Assembly: GCA_964057225.1 (NCBI GenBank) | Contig: OZ059900.1 | Span: 23,064,001 to 23,128,000 of the forward strand | Direction: 5' to 3' | DNA: 64,000 bases | DNA from: Auanema rhodensis | Lineage: Eukaryota > Animalia > Nematoda | Notes under the pieces: model-generated | Seen by the model: only the letters and a program-made list of their open reading frames with translations | What the model was told of the DNA's origin: nothing | Databases searched by the model: none | Shown here: piece by piece, positions 39,901 through 54,600 of the stretch | Layout: the number at the start of each line of letters is the position of its first letter | How positions within the stretch are numbered: position 1 is the first letter of the stretch | Position numbers and translations under genes: made by a program

Positions 39901-41249
39901 AGACGTTGTACGAACAATTTTGAGCTAGGTTTCATTGACATTGCATGAGTTTGAACACATGAAATCGTAAGTCAAAACCTTGTTTACAGCGAAATTTCCA
40001 AAAACTGGTTTTCCAGCATAATAAAATATTTCTCATAGGAAATACTGTGTTTTTGTATTTTTCTAGTGTTCAGCATGTAAAATGCTTCATTTTAGTATGT
40101 AACACGCTGAAATTCGTTGCATTTGACGACTCATATGAACAAAAATCGATTTAATCAATATTAGCCATAAGGGGCGTGCCCTCAGAATATGCTAATTTCC
40201 TTAATTTTCTAACCCCTGTTTTTTTGTCGTGAAAGTGGAACTAGACGTTGTACGAACAATTTTGAGCCAAGTTTCATTGACATTGCATGAGTTTGAACAC
40301 ATGAAATCGTAAGTCAAAACCTTGTTTACAGCGAAATTTCCAAAAACTGGTTTTCCAGCATAATAAAATATTTCTCATGAGAAATACTGTGTTTTTGTAT
40401 TCTTTCAGTGTTCAGCATGTAAAATGCTTCATTTTAGTATGTAACACGCTGAAATTCGTTGCATTTGACGACTCATATGAACAAAAATCGATTTAATCAA
40501 TATTAGCCATAAGGGGCGTGCCCTCAGAATATGCTAATTTCCTTAATTTTCTAACCCCTGTTTTTTTGTCGTGAAAGTGGAACTAGACGTTGTACGAACA
40601 ATTTTGAGCTAGGTTTCATTGACATTGCATGAGTTTGAACACATGAAATCGTAAGTCAAAACCTTGTTTACAGCGAAATTTCCAAAAACTGGTTTTCCAG
40701 CATAATAAAATATTTCTCATAGGAAATACTGTGTTTTTGTATTTTTCTAGTGTTCAGCATGTAAAATGCTTCATTTTAGTATGTAACACGCTGAAATTCG
40801 TTGCATTTGACGACTCATATGAACAAAAATCGATTTAATCAATATTAGCCATAAGGGGCGTGCCCTCAGAATATGCTAATTTCCTTAATTTTCTAACCCC
40901 TGTTTTTTTGTCGTGAAAGTGGAACTAGACGTTGTACGAACAATTTTGAGCTAGGTTTCATTGACATTGCATGAGTTTGAACACATGAAATCGTAAGTCA
41001 AAACCTTGTTTACAGCGAAATTTCCAAAAACTGGTTTTCCAGCATAATAAAATATTTCTCATGGGAAATACTGTGTTTTTGTATTTTTCTAGTGTTCAGC
41101 ATGTAAAATGCTTCATTTTAGTATGTAACACGCTGAAATTCGTTGCATTTGACGACTCATATGAACAAAAATCGATTTAATCAATATTAGCCATAAGGGG
41201 CGTGCCCTCAGAATATGCTAATTTCCTTAATTTTCTAACCCTTGTTTTT

Positions 41250-44200
41250 TTGTCGTGAAAGTGGAACTAGACGTTGTACGAACAATTTTGAGCTAGGTTT
41301 CATTGACATTGCATGAGTTTGAACACATGAAATCGTAAGTCAAAACCTTGTTTACAGCGAAATTTCCAAAAACTGGTTTTCCAGCATAATAAAATATTTC
41401 TCATGGGAAATACTGTGTTTTTGTATTTTTCTAGTGTTCAGCATGTAAAATGCTTCATTTTAGTATGTAACACGCTGAAATTCGTTGCATTTGACGACTC
41501 ATATGAACAAAAATCGATTTAATCAATATTAGCCATAAGGGGCGTGCCCTCAGAATATGCTAATTTCCTTAATTTTCTAACCCCTGTTTTTTTGTCGTGA
41601 AAGTGAAACTAGACGTTGTACAAATAATTTTGAGCTAGGTTTCATTGACATTGCATGAGTTTGAACAAATGAAATCGTAAGTCAAAACCTTGTTTACAGC
41701 GAAATTTCCAAAAACTGGTTTTCCAGCATAATAAAATATTTCTCATGGGAAATACTGTGTTTTTGTATTTTTCTAGTGTTCAGCATGTAAAATGCTTCAT
41801 TTTAGTATGTAACACGCTGAAATTCGTTGCATTTGACGACTCATATGAACAAAAATCGATTTAATCAATATTAGCCATAAGGGGCGTGCCCTCAGAATAT
41901 GCTAATTTCCTTAATTTTCTAACCCCTGTTTTTTTGTCTTGAAAGTGGAACTAGACGTTGTACGAACAACTTTGAGCTAGGTTTCATTGACATTGCATGA
42001 GTTTGAACACATGAAATCGTAAGTCAAAACCTTGTTTACAGCGAAATTTCCAAAAACTGGTTTTCCAGCATAATAAAATATTTCTCATGGGAAATACTGT
42101 GTTTTTGTATTTTTCTAGTGTTCAGCATGTAAAATGCTTCATTTTAGTATGTAACACGCTGAAATTCGTTGCATTTGACGACTCATATGAACAAAAATCG
42201 ATTTAATCAATATTAGCCATAAGGGGCGTGCCCTCAGAATATGCTAATTTCCTTAATTTTCTAACCCTTGTTTTTTTGTCGTGAAAGTGGAACTAGACGT
42301 TGTACGAACAATTTTGAGCTAGGTTTCATTGACATTGCATGAGTTTGAACACATGAAATCGTAAGTCAAAACCTTGTTTACAGCGAAATTTCCAAAAACT
42401 GGTTTTCCAGCATAATAAAATATTTCTCATGAGAAATACTGTGTTTTTGTATTTTTCTAGTGTTCAGCATGTAAAATGCTTCATTTTAATATGTAACACG
42501 CTGAAATTCGTTGCATTTGACGACTCATATGAACAAAAATCGATTTAATCAATATTAGCCATAAGGGGCGTGCCCTCAGAATATGCTAATTTCCTTAATT
42601 TTCTAACCCCTGTTTTTTTGTCGTGAAAGTGGAACTAGACGTTGTACGAACAATTTTGAGCTAGGTTTCATTGACATTGCATGAGTTTGAACACATGAAA
42701 TCGTAAGTCAAAACCTTGTTTACAGCGAAATTTCCAAAAACTGGTTTTCCAGCATAATAAAATATTTCTCATGGGAAATACTGTGTTTTTGTATTTTTCT
42801 AGTGTTCAGCATGTAAAATGCTTCATTTTAGTATGTAACACGCTGAAATTCGTTGCATTTGACGACTCATATGAACAAAAATCGATTTAATCAATATTAG
42901 CCATAAGGGGCGTGCCCTCAGAATATGCTAATTTCCTTAATTTTCTAACCCCTGTTTTTTTGTCGTGAAAGTGAAACTAGACGTTGTACAAATAATTTTG
43001 AGCTAGGTTTCATTGACATTGCATGAGTTTGAACAAATGAAATCGTAAGTCAAAACCTTGTTTACAGCGAAATTTCCAAAAACTGGTTTTCCAGCATAAT
43101 AAAATATTTCTCATGGGAAATACTGTGTTTTTGTATTTTTCTAGTGTTCAGCATGTAAAATGCTTCATTTTAGTATGTAACACGCTGAAATTCGTTGCAT
43201 TTGACGACTCATATGAACAAAAATCGATTTAATCAATATTAGCCATAAGGGGCGTGCCCTCAGAATATGCTAATTTCCTTAATTTTCTAACCCCTGTTTT
43301 TTTGTCTTGAAAGTGGAACTAGACGTTGTACGAACAACTTTGAGCTAGGTTTCATTGACATTGCATGAGTTTGAACACATGAAATCGTAAGTCAAAACCT
43401 TGTTTACAGCGAAATTTCCAAAAACTGGTTTTCCAGCATAATAAAATATTTCTCATGGGAAATACTGTGTTTTTGTATTTTTCTAGTGTTCAGCATGTAA
43501 AATGCTTCATTTTAGTATGTAACACGCTGAAATTCGTTGCATTTGACGACTCATATGAGCAAAAATCGATTTAATCAATATTAGCCATAAGGGGCGTGCC
43601 CTCAGAATATGCTAATTTCCTTAATTTTCTAACCCTTGTTTTTTTGTCGTGAAAGTGGAACTAGACGTTGTACGAACAATTTTGAGCTAGGTTTCATTGA
43701 CATTGCATGAGTTTGAACACATGAAATCGTAAGTCAAAACCTTGTTTACAGCGAAATTTCCAAAAACTGGTTTTCCAGCATAATAAAATATTTCTCATGA
43801 GAAATACTGTGTTTTTGTATTTTTCTAGTGTTCAGCATGTAAAATGCTTCATTTTAATATGTAACACGCTGAAATTCGTTGCATTTGACGACTCATATGA
43901 ACAAAAATCGATTTAATCAATATTAGCCATAAGGGGCGTGCCCTCAGAATATGCTAATTTCCTTAATTTTCTAACCCCTGTTTTTTTGTCGTGAAAGTGG
44001 AACTAGACGTTGTACGAACAATTTTGAGCTAGGTTTCATTGACATTGCATGAGTTTGAACACATGAAATCGTAAGTCAAAACCTTGTTTACAGCGAAATT
44101 TCCAAAAACTGGTTTTCCAGCATAATAAAATATTTCTCATGGGAAATACTGTGTTTTTGTATTTTTCTAGTGTTCAGCATGTAAAATGCTTCATTTTAGT

Positions 44201-45500
44201 ATGTAACACGCTGAAATTCGTTGCATTTGACGACTCATATGAACAAAAATCGATTTAATCAATATTAGCCATAAGGGGCGTGCCCTCAGAATATGCTAAT
44301 TTCCTTAATTTTCTAACCCCTGTTTTTTTGTCGTGAAAGTGAAACTAGACGTTGTACAAATAATTTTGAGCTAGGTTTCATTGACATTGCATGAGTTTGA
44401 ACAAATGAAATCGTAAGTCAAAACCTTGTTTACAGCGAAATTTCCAAAAACTGGTTTTCCAGCATAATAAAATATTTCTCATGGGAAATACTGTGTTTTT
44501 GTATTTTTCTAGTGTTCAGCATGTAAAATGCTTCATTTTAGTATGTAACACGCTGAAATTCGTTGCATTTGACGACTCATATGAACAAAAATCGATTTAA
44601 TCAATATTAGCCATAAGGGGCGTGCCCTCAGAATATGCTAATTTCCTTAATTTTCTAACCCCTGTTTTTTTGTCTTGAAAGTGGAACTAGACGTTGTACG
44701 AACAACTTTGAGCTAGGTTTCATTGACATTGCATGAGTTTGAACACATGAAATCGTAAGTCAAAACCTTGTTTACAGCGAAATTTCCAAAAACTGGTTTT
44801 CCAGCATAATAAAATATTTCTCATGGGAAATACTGTGTTTTTGTATTTTTCTAGTGTTCAGCATGTAAAATGCTTCATTTTAGTATGTAACACGCTGAAA
44901 TTCGTTGCATTTGACGACTCATATGAACAAAAATCGATTTAATCAATATTAGCCATAAGGGGCGTGCCCTCAGAATATGCTAATTTCCTTAATTTTCTAA
45001 CCCTTGTTTTTTTGTCGTGAAAGTGGAACTAGACGTTGTACGAACAATTTTGAGCTAGGTTTCATTGACATTGCATGAGTTTGAACACATGAAATCGTAA
45101 GTCAAAACCTTGTTTACAGCGAAATTTCCAAAAACTGGTTTTCCAGCATAATAAAATATTTCTCATGAGAAATACTGTGTTTTTGTATTTTTCTAGTGTT
45201 CAGCATGTAAAATGCTTCATTTTAATATGTAACACGCTGAAATTCGTTGCATTTGACGACTCATATGAACAAAAATCGATTTAATCAATATTAGCCATAA
45301 GGGGCGTGCCCTCAGAATATGCTAATTTCCTTAATTTTCTAACCCCTGTTTTTTTGTCGTGAAAGTGGAACTAGACGTTGTACGAACAATTTTGAGCTAG
45401 GTTTCATTGACATTGCATGAGTTTGAACACATGAAATCGTAAGTCAAAACCTTGTTTACAGCGAAATTTCCAAAAACTGGTTTTCCAGCATAATAAAATA
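41250..45500 (-). repeat. Local 4-mer HOR, 1368 bp x3 (boundaries approximate)
   Basis: The gtgaaactag/caaataatt/gaacaaatg monomer occurs at 41606, 42974 and 44342. The gtcttgaa/aacaactt and ttttaatatg markers also recur at +1368. Confidence 0.9.
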
Positions 45501-48500
45501 TTTCTCATAGGAAATACTGTGTTTTTGTATTTTTCTAGTGTTCAGCATGTAAAATGCTTCATTTTAGTATGTAACACGCTGAAATTCGTTGCATTTGACG
45601 ACTCATATGAACAAAAATCGATTTAATCAATATTAGCCATAAGGGGCGTGCCCTCAGAATATGCTAATTTCCTTAATTTTCTAACCCCTGTTTTTTTGTC
45701 GTGAAAGTGGAACTAGACGTTGTACGAACAATTTTGAGCCAAGTTTCATTGACATTGCATGAGTTTGAACACATGAAATCGTAAGTCAAAACCTTGTTTA
45801 CAGCGAAATTTCCAAAAACTGGTTTTCCAGCATAATAAAATATTTCTCATGGGAAATACTGTGTTTTTGTATTTTTCTAGTGTTCAGCATGTAAAATGCT
45901 TCATTTTAGTATGTAACACGCTGAAATTCGTTGCATTTGACGACTCATATGAACAAAAATCGATTTAATCAATATTAGCCATAAGGGGCGTGCCCTCAGA
46001 ATATGCTAATTTCCTTAATTTTCTAACCCCTGTTTTTTTGTCGTGAAAGTGGAACTAGACGTTGTACGAACAATTTTGAGCTAGGTTTCATTGACATTGC
46101 ATGAGTTTGAACACATGAAATCGTAAGTCAAAACCTTGTTTACAGCGAAATTTCCAAAAACTGGTTTTCCAGCATAATAAAATATTTCTCATGGGAAATA
46201 CTGTGTTTTTGTATTTTTCTAGTGTTCAGCATGTAAAATGCTTCATTTTAGTATGTAACACGCTGAAATTCGTTGCATTTGACGACTCATATGAACAAAA
46301 ATCGATTTAATCAATATTAGCCATAAGGGGCGTGCTCTCAGAATATGCTAATTTCCTTAATTTTCTAACCCTTGTTTTTTTGTCGTAAAAGTGGAACTAG
46401 ACGTTGTACGAACAATTTTGAGCTAGGTTTCATTGACATTGCATGAGTTTGAACACATGAAATCGTAAGTCAAAACCTTGTTTACAGCGAAATTTCCAAA
46501 AACTGGTTTTCCAGCATAATAAAATATTTCTCATGGGAAATACTGTGTTTTTGTATTTTTCTAGTGTTCAGCATGTAAAATGCTTCATTTTAGTATGTAA
46601 CACGCTGAAATTCGTTGCATTTGACGACTCATATGAACAAAAATCGATTTAATCAATATTAGCCATAAGGGGCGTGCCCTCAGAATATGCTAATTTCCTT
46701 AATTTTCTAACCCTTGTTTTTTTGTCGTGAAAGTGGAACTAGACGTTGTACGAACAATTTTGAGCTAGGTTTCATTGACATTGCATGAGTTTGAACACAT
46801 GAAATCGTAAGTCAAAACCTTGTTTACAGCGAAATTTCCAAAAACTGGTTTTCCAGCATAATAAATAATTTCTCATGGGAAATACTGTGTTTTTGTATTT
46901 TTCTAGTGTTCAGCATGTAAAATGCTTCATTTTAGTATGTAACACGCTGAAATTCGTTGCATTTGACGACTCATATGAACAAAAAATCGATTTAATCAAT
47001 ATTAGCCATAAGGGGCGTGCCCTCAGAATATGCTAATTTCCTTAATTTTCTAACCCCTGTTTTTTTGTCGTGAAAGTGGAACTAGACGTTGTACAAACAA
47101 TTTTGAGCTAGGTTTCATTGACATTGCATGAGTTTGAACACATGAAATCGTAAGTCAAAACCTTGTTTACAGCGAAATTTCCAAAAACTGGTTTTCCAGC
47201 ATAATAAAATATTTCTCATGAGAAATACTGTGTTTTTGTATTCTTCTAGTGTTCAGCATGTTAAATGCTTCATTTTAGTATGTAACACGCTGAAATTCGT
47301 TGCATTTGACGACTCATATGAACAAAAATCGATTTAATCAATATTAGCCATAAGGGGCGTGCCCTCAGAATATGCTAATTTCCTTAATTTTCTAACCCTT
47401 GTTTTTTTGTCGTAAAAGTGGAACTAGACGTTGTACGAACAATTTTGAGCTAGGTTTCATTGACATTGCATGAGTTTGAACACATGAAATCGTAAGTCAA
47501 AACCTTGTTTACAGCGAAATTTCCAAAAACTGGTTTTCCAGCATAATAAAATATTTCTCATGGGAAATACTGTGTTTTTGTATTTTTCTAGTGTTCAGCA
47601 TGTAAAATGCTTCATTTTAGTATGTAACACGCTGAAATTCGTTGCATTTGACGACTCATATGAACAAAAATCGATTTAATCAATATTAGCCATAAGGGGC
47701 GTGCCCTCAGAATATGCTAATTTCCTTAATTTTCTAACCCCTGTTTTTTTGTCGTGAAAGTGGAACTAGACGTTGTACGAACAATTTTGAGCTAGGTTTC
47801 ATTGACATTGCATGAGTTTGAACACATGAAATCGTAAGTCAAAACCTTGTTTACAGCGAAATTTCCAAAAACTGGTTTTCCAGCATAATAAAATATTTCT
47901 CATAGGAAATACTGTGTTTTTGTATTTTTCTAGTGTTCAGCATGTAAAATGCTTCATTTTAGTATGTAACACGCTGAAATTCGTTGCATTTGGCGACTCA
48001 TATGAACAAAAATCGATTTAATCAATATTAGCCATAAGGGGCGTGCCCTCAGAATATGCTAATTTCCTTAATTTTCTAACCCCTGTTTTTTTGTCGTGAA
48101 AGTGGAACTAGACGTTGTACGAACAATTTTGAGCCAAGTTTCATTGACATTGCATGAGTTTGAACACATGAAATCGTAAGTCAAAACCTTGTTTACAGCG
48201 AAATTTCCAAAAACTGGTTTTCCAGCATAATAAAATATTTCTCATGGGAAATACTGTGTTTTTGTATTTTTCTAGTGTTCAGCATGTAAAATGCTTCATT
48301 TTAGTATGTAACACGCTGAAATTCGTTGCATTTGACGACTCATATGAACAAAAATCGATTTAATCAATATTAGCCATAAGGGGCGTGCCCTCAGAATATG
48401 CTAATTTCCTTAATTTTCTAACCCCTGTTTTTTTGTCGTGAAAGTGGAACTAGACGTTGTACGAACAATTTTGAGCTAGGTTTCATTGACATTGCATGAG

Positions 48501-49790
48501 TTTGAACACATGAAATCGTAAGTCAAAACCTTGTTTACAGCGAAATTTCCAAAAACTGGTTTTCCAGCATAATAAAATATTTCTCATGGGAAATACTGTG
48601 TTTTTGTATTTTTCTAGTGTTCAGCATGTAAAATGCTTCATTTTAGTATGTAACACGCTGAAATTCGTTGCATTTGACGACTCATATGAACAAAAATCGA
48701 TTTAATCAATATTAGCCATAAGGGGCGTGCTCTCAGAATATGCTAATTTCCTTAATTTTCTAACCCTTGTTTTTTTGTCGTAAAAGTGGAACTAGACGTT
48801 GTACGAACAATTTTGAGCTAGGTTTCATTGACATTGCATGAGTTTGAACACATGAAATCGTAAGTCAAAACCTTGTTTACAGCGAAATTTCCAAAAACTG
48901 GTTTTCCAGCATAATAAAATATTTCTCATGGGAAATACTGTGTTTTTGTATTTTTCTAGTGTTCAGCATGTAAAATGCTTCATTTTAGTATGTAACACGC
49001 TGAAATTCGTTGCATTTGACGACTCATATGAACAAAAATCGATTTAATCAATATTAGCCATAAGGGGCGTGCCCTCAGAATATGCTAATTTCCTTAATTT
49101 TCTAACCCTTGTTTTTTTGTCGTGAAAGTGGAACTAGACGTTGTACGAACAATTTTGAGCTAGGTTTCATTGACATTGCATGAGTTTGAACACATGAAAT
49201 CGTAAGTCAAAACCTTGTTTACAGCGAAATTTCCAAAAACTGGTTTTCCAGCATAATAAATAATTTCTCATGGGAAATACTGTGTTTTTGTATTTTTCTA
49301 GTGTTCAGCATGTAAAATGCTTCATTTTAGTATGTAACACGCTGAAATTCGTTGCATTTGACGACTCATATGAACAAAAAATCGATTTAATCAATATTAG
49401 CCATAAGGGGCGTGCCCTCAGAATATGCTAATTTCCTTAATTTTCTAACCCCTGTTTTTTTGTCGTGAAAGTGGAACTAGACGTTGTACAAACAATTTTG
49501 AGCTAGGTTTCATTGACATTGCATGAGTTTGAACACATGAAATCGTAAGTCAAAACCTTGTTTACAGCGAAATTTCCAAAAACTGGTTTTCCAGCATAAT
49601 AAAATATTTCTCATGAGAAATACTGTGTTTTTGTATTCTTCTAGTGTTCAGCATGTTAAATGCTTCATTTTAGTATGTAACACGCTGAAATTCGTTGCAT
49701 TTGACGACTCATATGAACAAAAATCGATTTAATCAATATTAGCCATAAGGGGCGTGCCCTCAGAATATGCTAATTTCCTTAATTTTCTAA
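45350..49790 (-). repeat. Local 7-mer HOR, 2395 bp, about 2 copies (boundaries approximate)
   Basis: gagccaag at 45740/48135, gtgctctc at 46336/48731, aataatttc at 46866/49261 and gtattcttct at 47243/49638 are all offset by 2395. Confidence 0.88.
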
Positions 49791-51100
49791 CCCCTGTTTT
49801 TTTGTCGTGAAAGTGGAACTAGACGTTGTACGAACAATTTTGAGCTAGGTTTCATTGACATTGCATGAGTTTGAACACATGAAATCGTAAGTCAAAACCT
49901 TGTTTACAGCGAAATTTCCAAAAACTGGTTTTCCAGCATAATAAAATATTTCTCATAGGAAATACTGTGTTTTTGTATTTTTCTAGTGTTCAGCATGTAA
50001 AATGCTTCATTTTAGTATGTAACACGCTGAAATTCGTTGCATTTGACGACTCATATGAACAAAAATCGATTTAATCAATATTAGCCATAAGGGGCGTGCC
50101 CTCAGAATATGCTAATTTCCTTAATTTTCTAACCCTTGTTTCTTTGTCGTGAAAGTGGAACTAGACGTTGTACGAACAATTTTGAGCTAGGTTTCATTGA
50201 CATTGCATGAGTTTGAACACATGAAATCGTAAGTCAAAACCTTGTTTACAGCGAAATTTCCAAAAACTGGTTTTCCAGCATAATAAATAATTTCTCATGG
50301 GAAATACTGTGTTTTTGTATTTTTCTAGTGTTCAGCATGTAAAATGCTTCATTTTAGTATGTAACACGCTGAAATTCGTTGCATTTGACGACTCATATGA
50401 ACAAAAAATCGATTTAATCAATATTAGCCATAAGGGGCGTGCCCTCAGAATATGCTAATTTCCTTAATTTTCTAACCCCTGTTTTTTTGTCGTGAAAGTG
50501 GAACTAGACGTTGTACAAACAATTTTGAGCTAGGTTTCATTGACATTGCATGAGTTTGAACACATGAAATCGTAAGTCAAAACCTTGTTTACAGCGAAAT
50601 TTCCAAAAACTGGTTTTCCAGCATAATAAAATATTTCTCATGAGAAATACTGTGTTTTTGTATTATTCTAGTGTTCAGCATGTTAAATGCTTCATTTTAG
50701 TATGTAACACGCTGAAATTCGTTGCATTTGACGACTCATATGAACAAAAATCGATTTAATCAATATTAGCCATAAGGGGCGTGCCCTCAGAATATGCTAA
50801 TTTCCTTAATTTTCTAACCCCTGTTTTTTTGTCGTGAAAGTGGAACTAGACGTTGTACGAACAATTTTGAGCTAGGTTTCATTGACATTGCATGAGTTTG
50901 AACACATGAAATCGTAAGTCAAAACCTTGTTTACAGCGAAATTTCCAAAAACTGGTTTTCCAGCATAATAAAATATTTCTCATAGGAAATACTGTGTTTT
51001 TGTATTTTTCTAGTGTTCAGCATGTAAAATGCTTCATTTTAGTATGTAACACGCTGAAATTCGTTGCATTTGACGACTCATATGAACAAAAATCGATTTA
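49080..51100 (-). repeat. Local 3-mer duplication, 1027 bp x2 (boundaries approximate)
   Basis: The aataatttc+extra-A monomer, the tacaaac/catgtta monomer and the catagg monomer repeat at +1027 (49261/50288). Confidence 0.8.
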
Positions 51101-51699
51101 ATCAATATTAGCCATAAGGGGCGTGCCCTCAGAATATGCTAATTTCCTTAATTTTCTAACCCCTGTTTTTTTGTCGTGAAAGTGGAACTAGACGTTGTAC
51201 GAACAATTTTGAGCCAAGTTTCATTGACATTGCATGAGTTTGAACACATGAAATCGTAAGTCAAAACCTTGTTTACAGCGAAATTTCCAAAAACTGGTTT
51301 TCCAGCATAATAAAATATTTCTCATGGGAAATACTGTGTTTTTGTATTCTTTTAGTGTTCAGCATGTAAAATGCTTCATTTTAGTATGTAACACGCTGAA
51401 ATTCGTTGCATTTGACGACTCATATGAACAAAAATCGATTTAATCAATATTAGCCATAAGGGGCGTGCCCTCAGAATATGCTAATTTCCTTAATTTTCTA
51501 ACCCCTGTTTTTTTGTCGTGAAAGTGGAACTAGACGTTGTACGAACAATTTTGAGCTAGGTTTCATTGACATTGCATGAGTTTGAACACATGAAATCGTA
51601 AGTCAAAACCTTGTTTACAGCGAAATTTCCAAAAACTGGTTTTCCAGCATAATAAAATATTTCTCATAGGAAATACTGTGTTTTTGTATTTTTCTAGTG

Positions 51700-54600
51700 T
51701 TCAGCATGTAAAATGCTTCATTTTAGTATGTAACACGCTGAAATTCGTTGCATTTGACGACTCATATGAACAAAAATCGATTTAATCAATATTAGCCATA
51801 AGGGGCGTGCCCTCAGAATATGCTAATTTCCTTAATTTTCTAACCCCTGTTTTTTTGTCGTGAAAGTGGAACTAGACGTTGTACGAACAATTTTGAGCTA
51901 GGTTTCATTGACATTGCATGAGTTTGAACACATGAAATCGTAAGTCAAAACCTTGTTTACAGCGAAATTTCCAAAAACTGGTTTTCCAGCATAATAAAAT
52001 ATTTCTCATGGGAAATACTGTGTTTTTGTATTTTTCTAGTGTTCAGCATGTAAAATGCTTCATTTTAGTATGTAACACGCTGAAATTCGTTGCATTTGAC
52101 GACTCATATGAACAAAAATCGATTTAATCAATATTAGCCATAAGGGGCGTGCTCTCAGAATATGCTAATTTCCTTAATTTTCTAACCCTTGTTTTTTTGT
52201 CGTAAAAGTGGAACTAGACGTTGTACGAACAATTTTGAGCTAGGTTTCATTGACATTGCATGAGTTTGAACACATGAAATCGTAAGTCAAAACCTTGTTT
52301 ACAGCGAAATTTCCAAAAACTGGTTTTCCAGCATAATAAAATATTTCTCATGGGAAATACTGTGTTTTTGTATTTTTCTAGTGTTCAGCATGTAAAATGC
52401 TTCATTTTAGTATGTAACACGCTGAAATTCGTTGCATTTGACGACTCATATGAACAAAAATCGATTTAATCAATATTAGCCATAAGGGGCGTGCCCTCAG
52501 AATATGCTAATTTCCTTAATTTTCTAACCCCTGTTTTTTTGTCGTGAAAGTGGAACTAGACGTTGTACAAATAATTTTGAGCTAGGTTTCATTGACATTG
52601 CATGAGTTTGAACAAATGAAATCGTAAGTCAAAACCTTGTTTACAGCGAAATTTCCAAAAACTGGTTTTCCAGCATAATAAAATATTTCTCATGGGAAAT
52701 ACTGTGTTTTTGTATTTTTCTAGTGTTCAGCATGTAAAATGCTTCATTTTAGTATGTAACACGCTGAAATTCGTTGCATTTGACGACTCATATGAACAAA
52801 AATCGATTTAATCAATATTAGCCATAAGGGGCGTGCCCTCAGAATATGCTAATTTCCTTAATTTTCTAACCCCTGTTTTTTTGTCTTGAAAGTGGAACTA
52901 GACGTTGTACGAACAACTTTGAGCTAGGTTACATTGACATTGCATGAGTTTGAACACATGAAATCGTAAGTCAAAACCTTGTTTACAGCGAAATTTCCAA
53001 AAACTGGTTTTCCAGCATAATAAAATATTTCTCATGGGAAATACTGTGTTTTTGTATTTTTCTAGTGTTCAGCATGTAAAATGCTTCATTTTAGTATGTA
53101 ACACGCTGAAATTCGTTGCATTTGACGACTCATATGAACAAAAATCGATTTAATCAATATTAGCCATAAGGGGCGTGCCCTCAGAATATGCTAATTTCCT
53201 TAATTTTCTAACCCTTGTTTTTTTGTCGTGAAAGTGGAACTAGACGTTGTACGAACAATTTTGAGCTAGGTTTCATTGACATTGCATGAGTTTGAACACA
53301 TGAAATCGTAAGTCAAAACCTTGTTTACAGCGAAATTTCCAAAAACTGGTTTTCCAGCATAATAAAATATTTCTCATGGGAAATACTGTGTTTTTTATTT
53401 TTCTAGTGTTCAGCATGTAAAATGCTTCATTTTAGTATGTAACACGCTGAAATTCGTTGCATTTGACGACTCATATGAACAAAAATCGATTTAATCAATA
53501 TTAGCCATAAGGGGCGTGCCCTCAGAATATGCTAATTTCCTTAATTTTCTAACCCCTGTTTTTTTGTCGTGAAAGTGGAACTAGACGTTGTACAAATAAT
53601 TTTGAGCTAGGTTTCATTGACATTGCATGAGTTTGAACAAATGAAATCGTAAGTCAAAACCTTGTTTACAGCGAAATTTCCAAAAACTGGTTTTCCAGCA
53701 TAATAAAATATTTCTCATGGGAAATACTGTGTTTTTGTATTTTTCTAGTGTTCAGCATGTAAAATGCTTCATTTTAGTATGTAACACGCTGAAATTCGTT
53801 GCATTTGACGACTCATATGAACAAAAATCGATTTAATCAATATTAGCCATAAGGGGCGTGCCCTCAGAATATGCTAATTTCCTTAATTTTCTAACCCCTG
53901 TTTTTTTGTCTTGAAAGTGGAACTAGACGTTGTACGAACAATTTTGAGCTAGGTTACATTGACATTGCATGAGTTTGAACACATGAAATCGTAAGTCAAA
54001 ACCTTGTTACAGCGAAATTTCCAAAAACTGGTTTTCCAGCATAATAAAATATTTCTCATGGGAAATACTGTGTTTTTGTATTTTTCTAGTGTTCAGCATG
54101 TAAAATGCTTCATTTTAGTATGTAACACGCTGAAATTCGTTGCATTTGACGACTCATATGAACAAAAATCGATTTAATCAATATTAGCCATAAGGGGCGT
54201 GCCCTCAGAATATGCTAATTTCCTTAATTTTCTAACCCCTGTTTTTTTGTCGTGAAAGTGGAACTAGACGTTGTACGAACAATTTTGAGCTAGGTTTCAT
54301 TGACATTGCATGAGTTTGAACACATGAAATCGTAAGTCAAAACCTTGTTTACAGCGAAATTTCCAAAAACTGGTTTTCCAGCATAATAAAATATTTCTCA
54401 TGGGAAATACTGTGTTTTTGTATTTTTCTAGTGTTCAGCATGTAAAATGCTTCATTTTAGTATGTAACACGCTGAAATTCGTTGCATTTGACGACTCATA
54501 TGAACAAAAATCGATTTAATCAATATTAGCCATAAGGGGCGTGCCCTCAGAATATGCTAATTTCCTTAATTTTCTAACCCCTGTTTTTTTGTCGTGAAAG

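Larger units (their letters stand above)
1..40827. repeat. Giant inverted duplication (palindrome), arms >=20.3 kb, axis at 20414; the left arm runs off the window start
   Basis: All four ORF pairs sum to 40828 (5805+35023, 7856+32972, 9223+31605, 15122+25706). The A/B junctions mirror (15354+25474). Base 1 (tttgttcata) is the reverse complement of the sequence ending at 40827. Private variants mirror, e.g. tgcatagtca at 15331-15340 with tgactatgca at 25488-25497, and all four deletion junctions. Confidence 0.97.
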
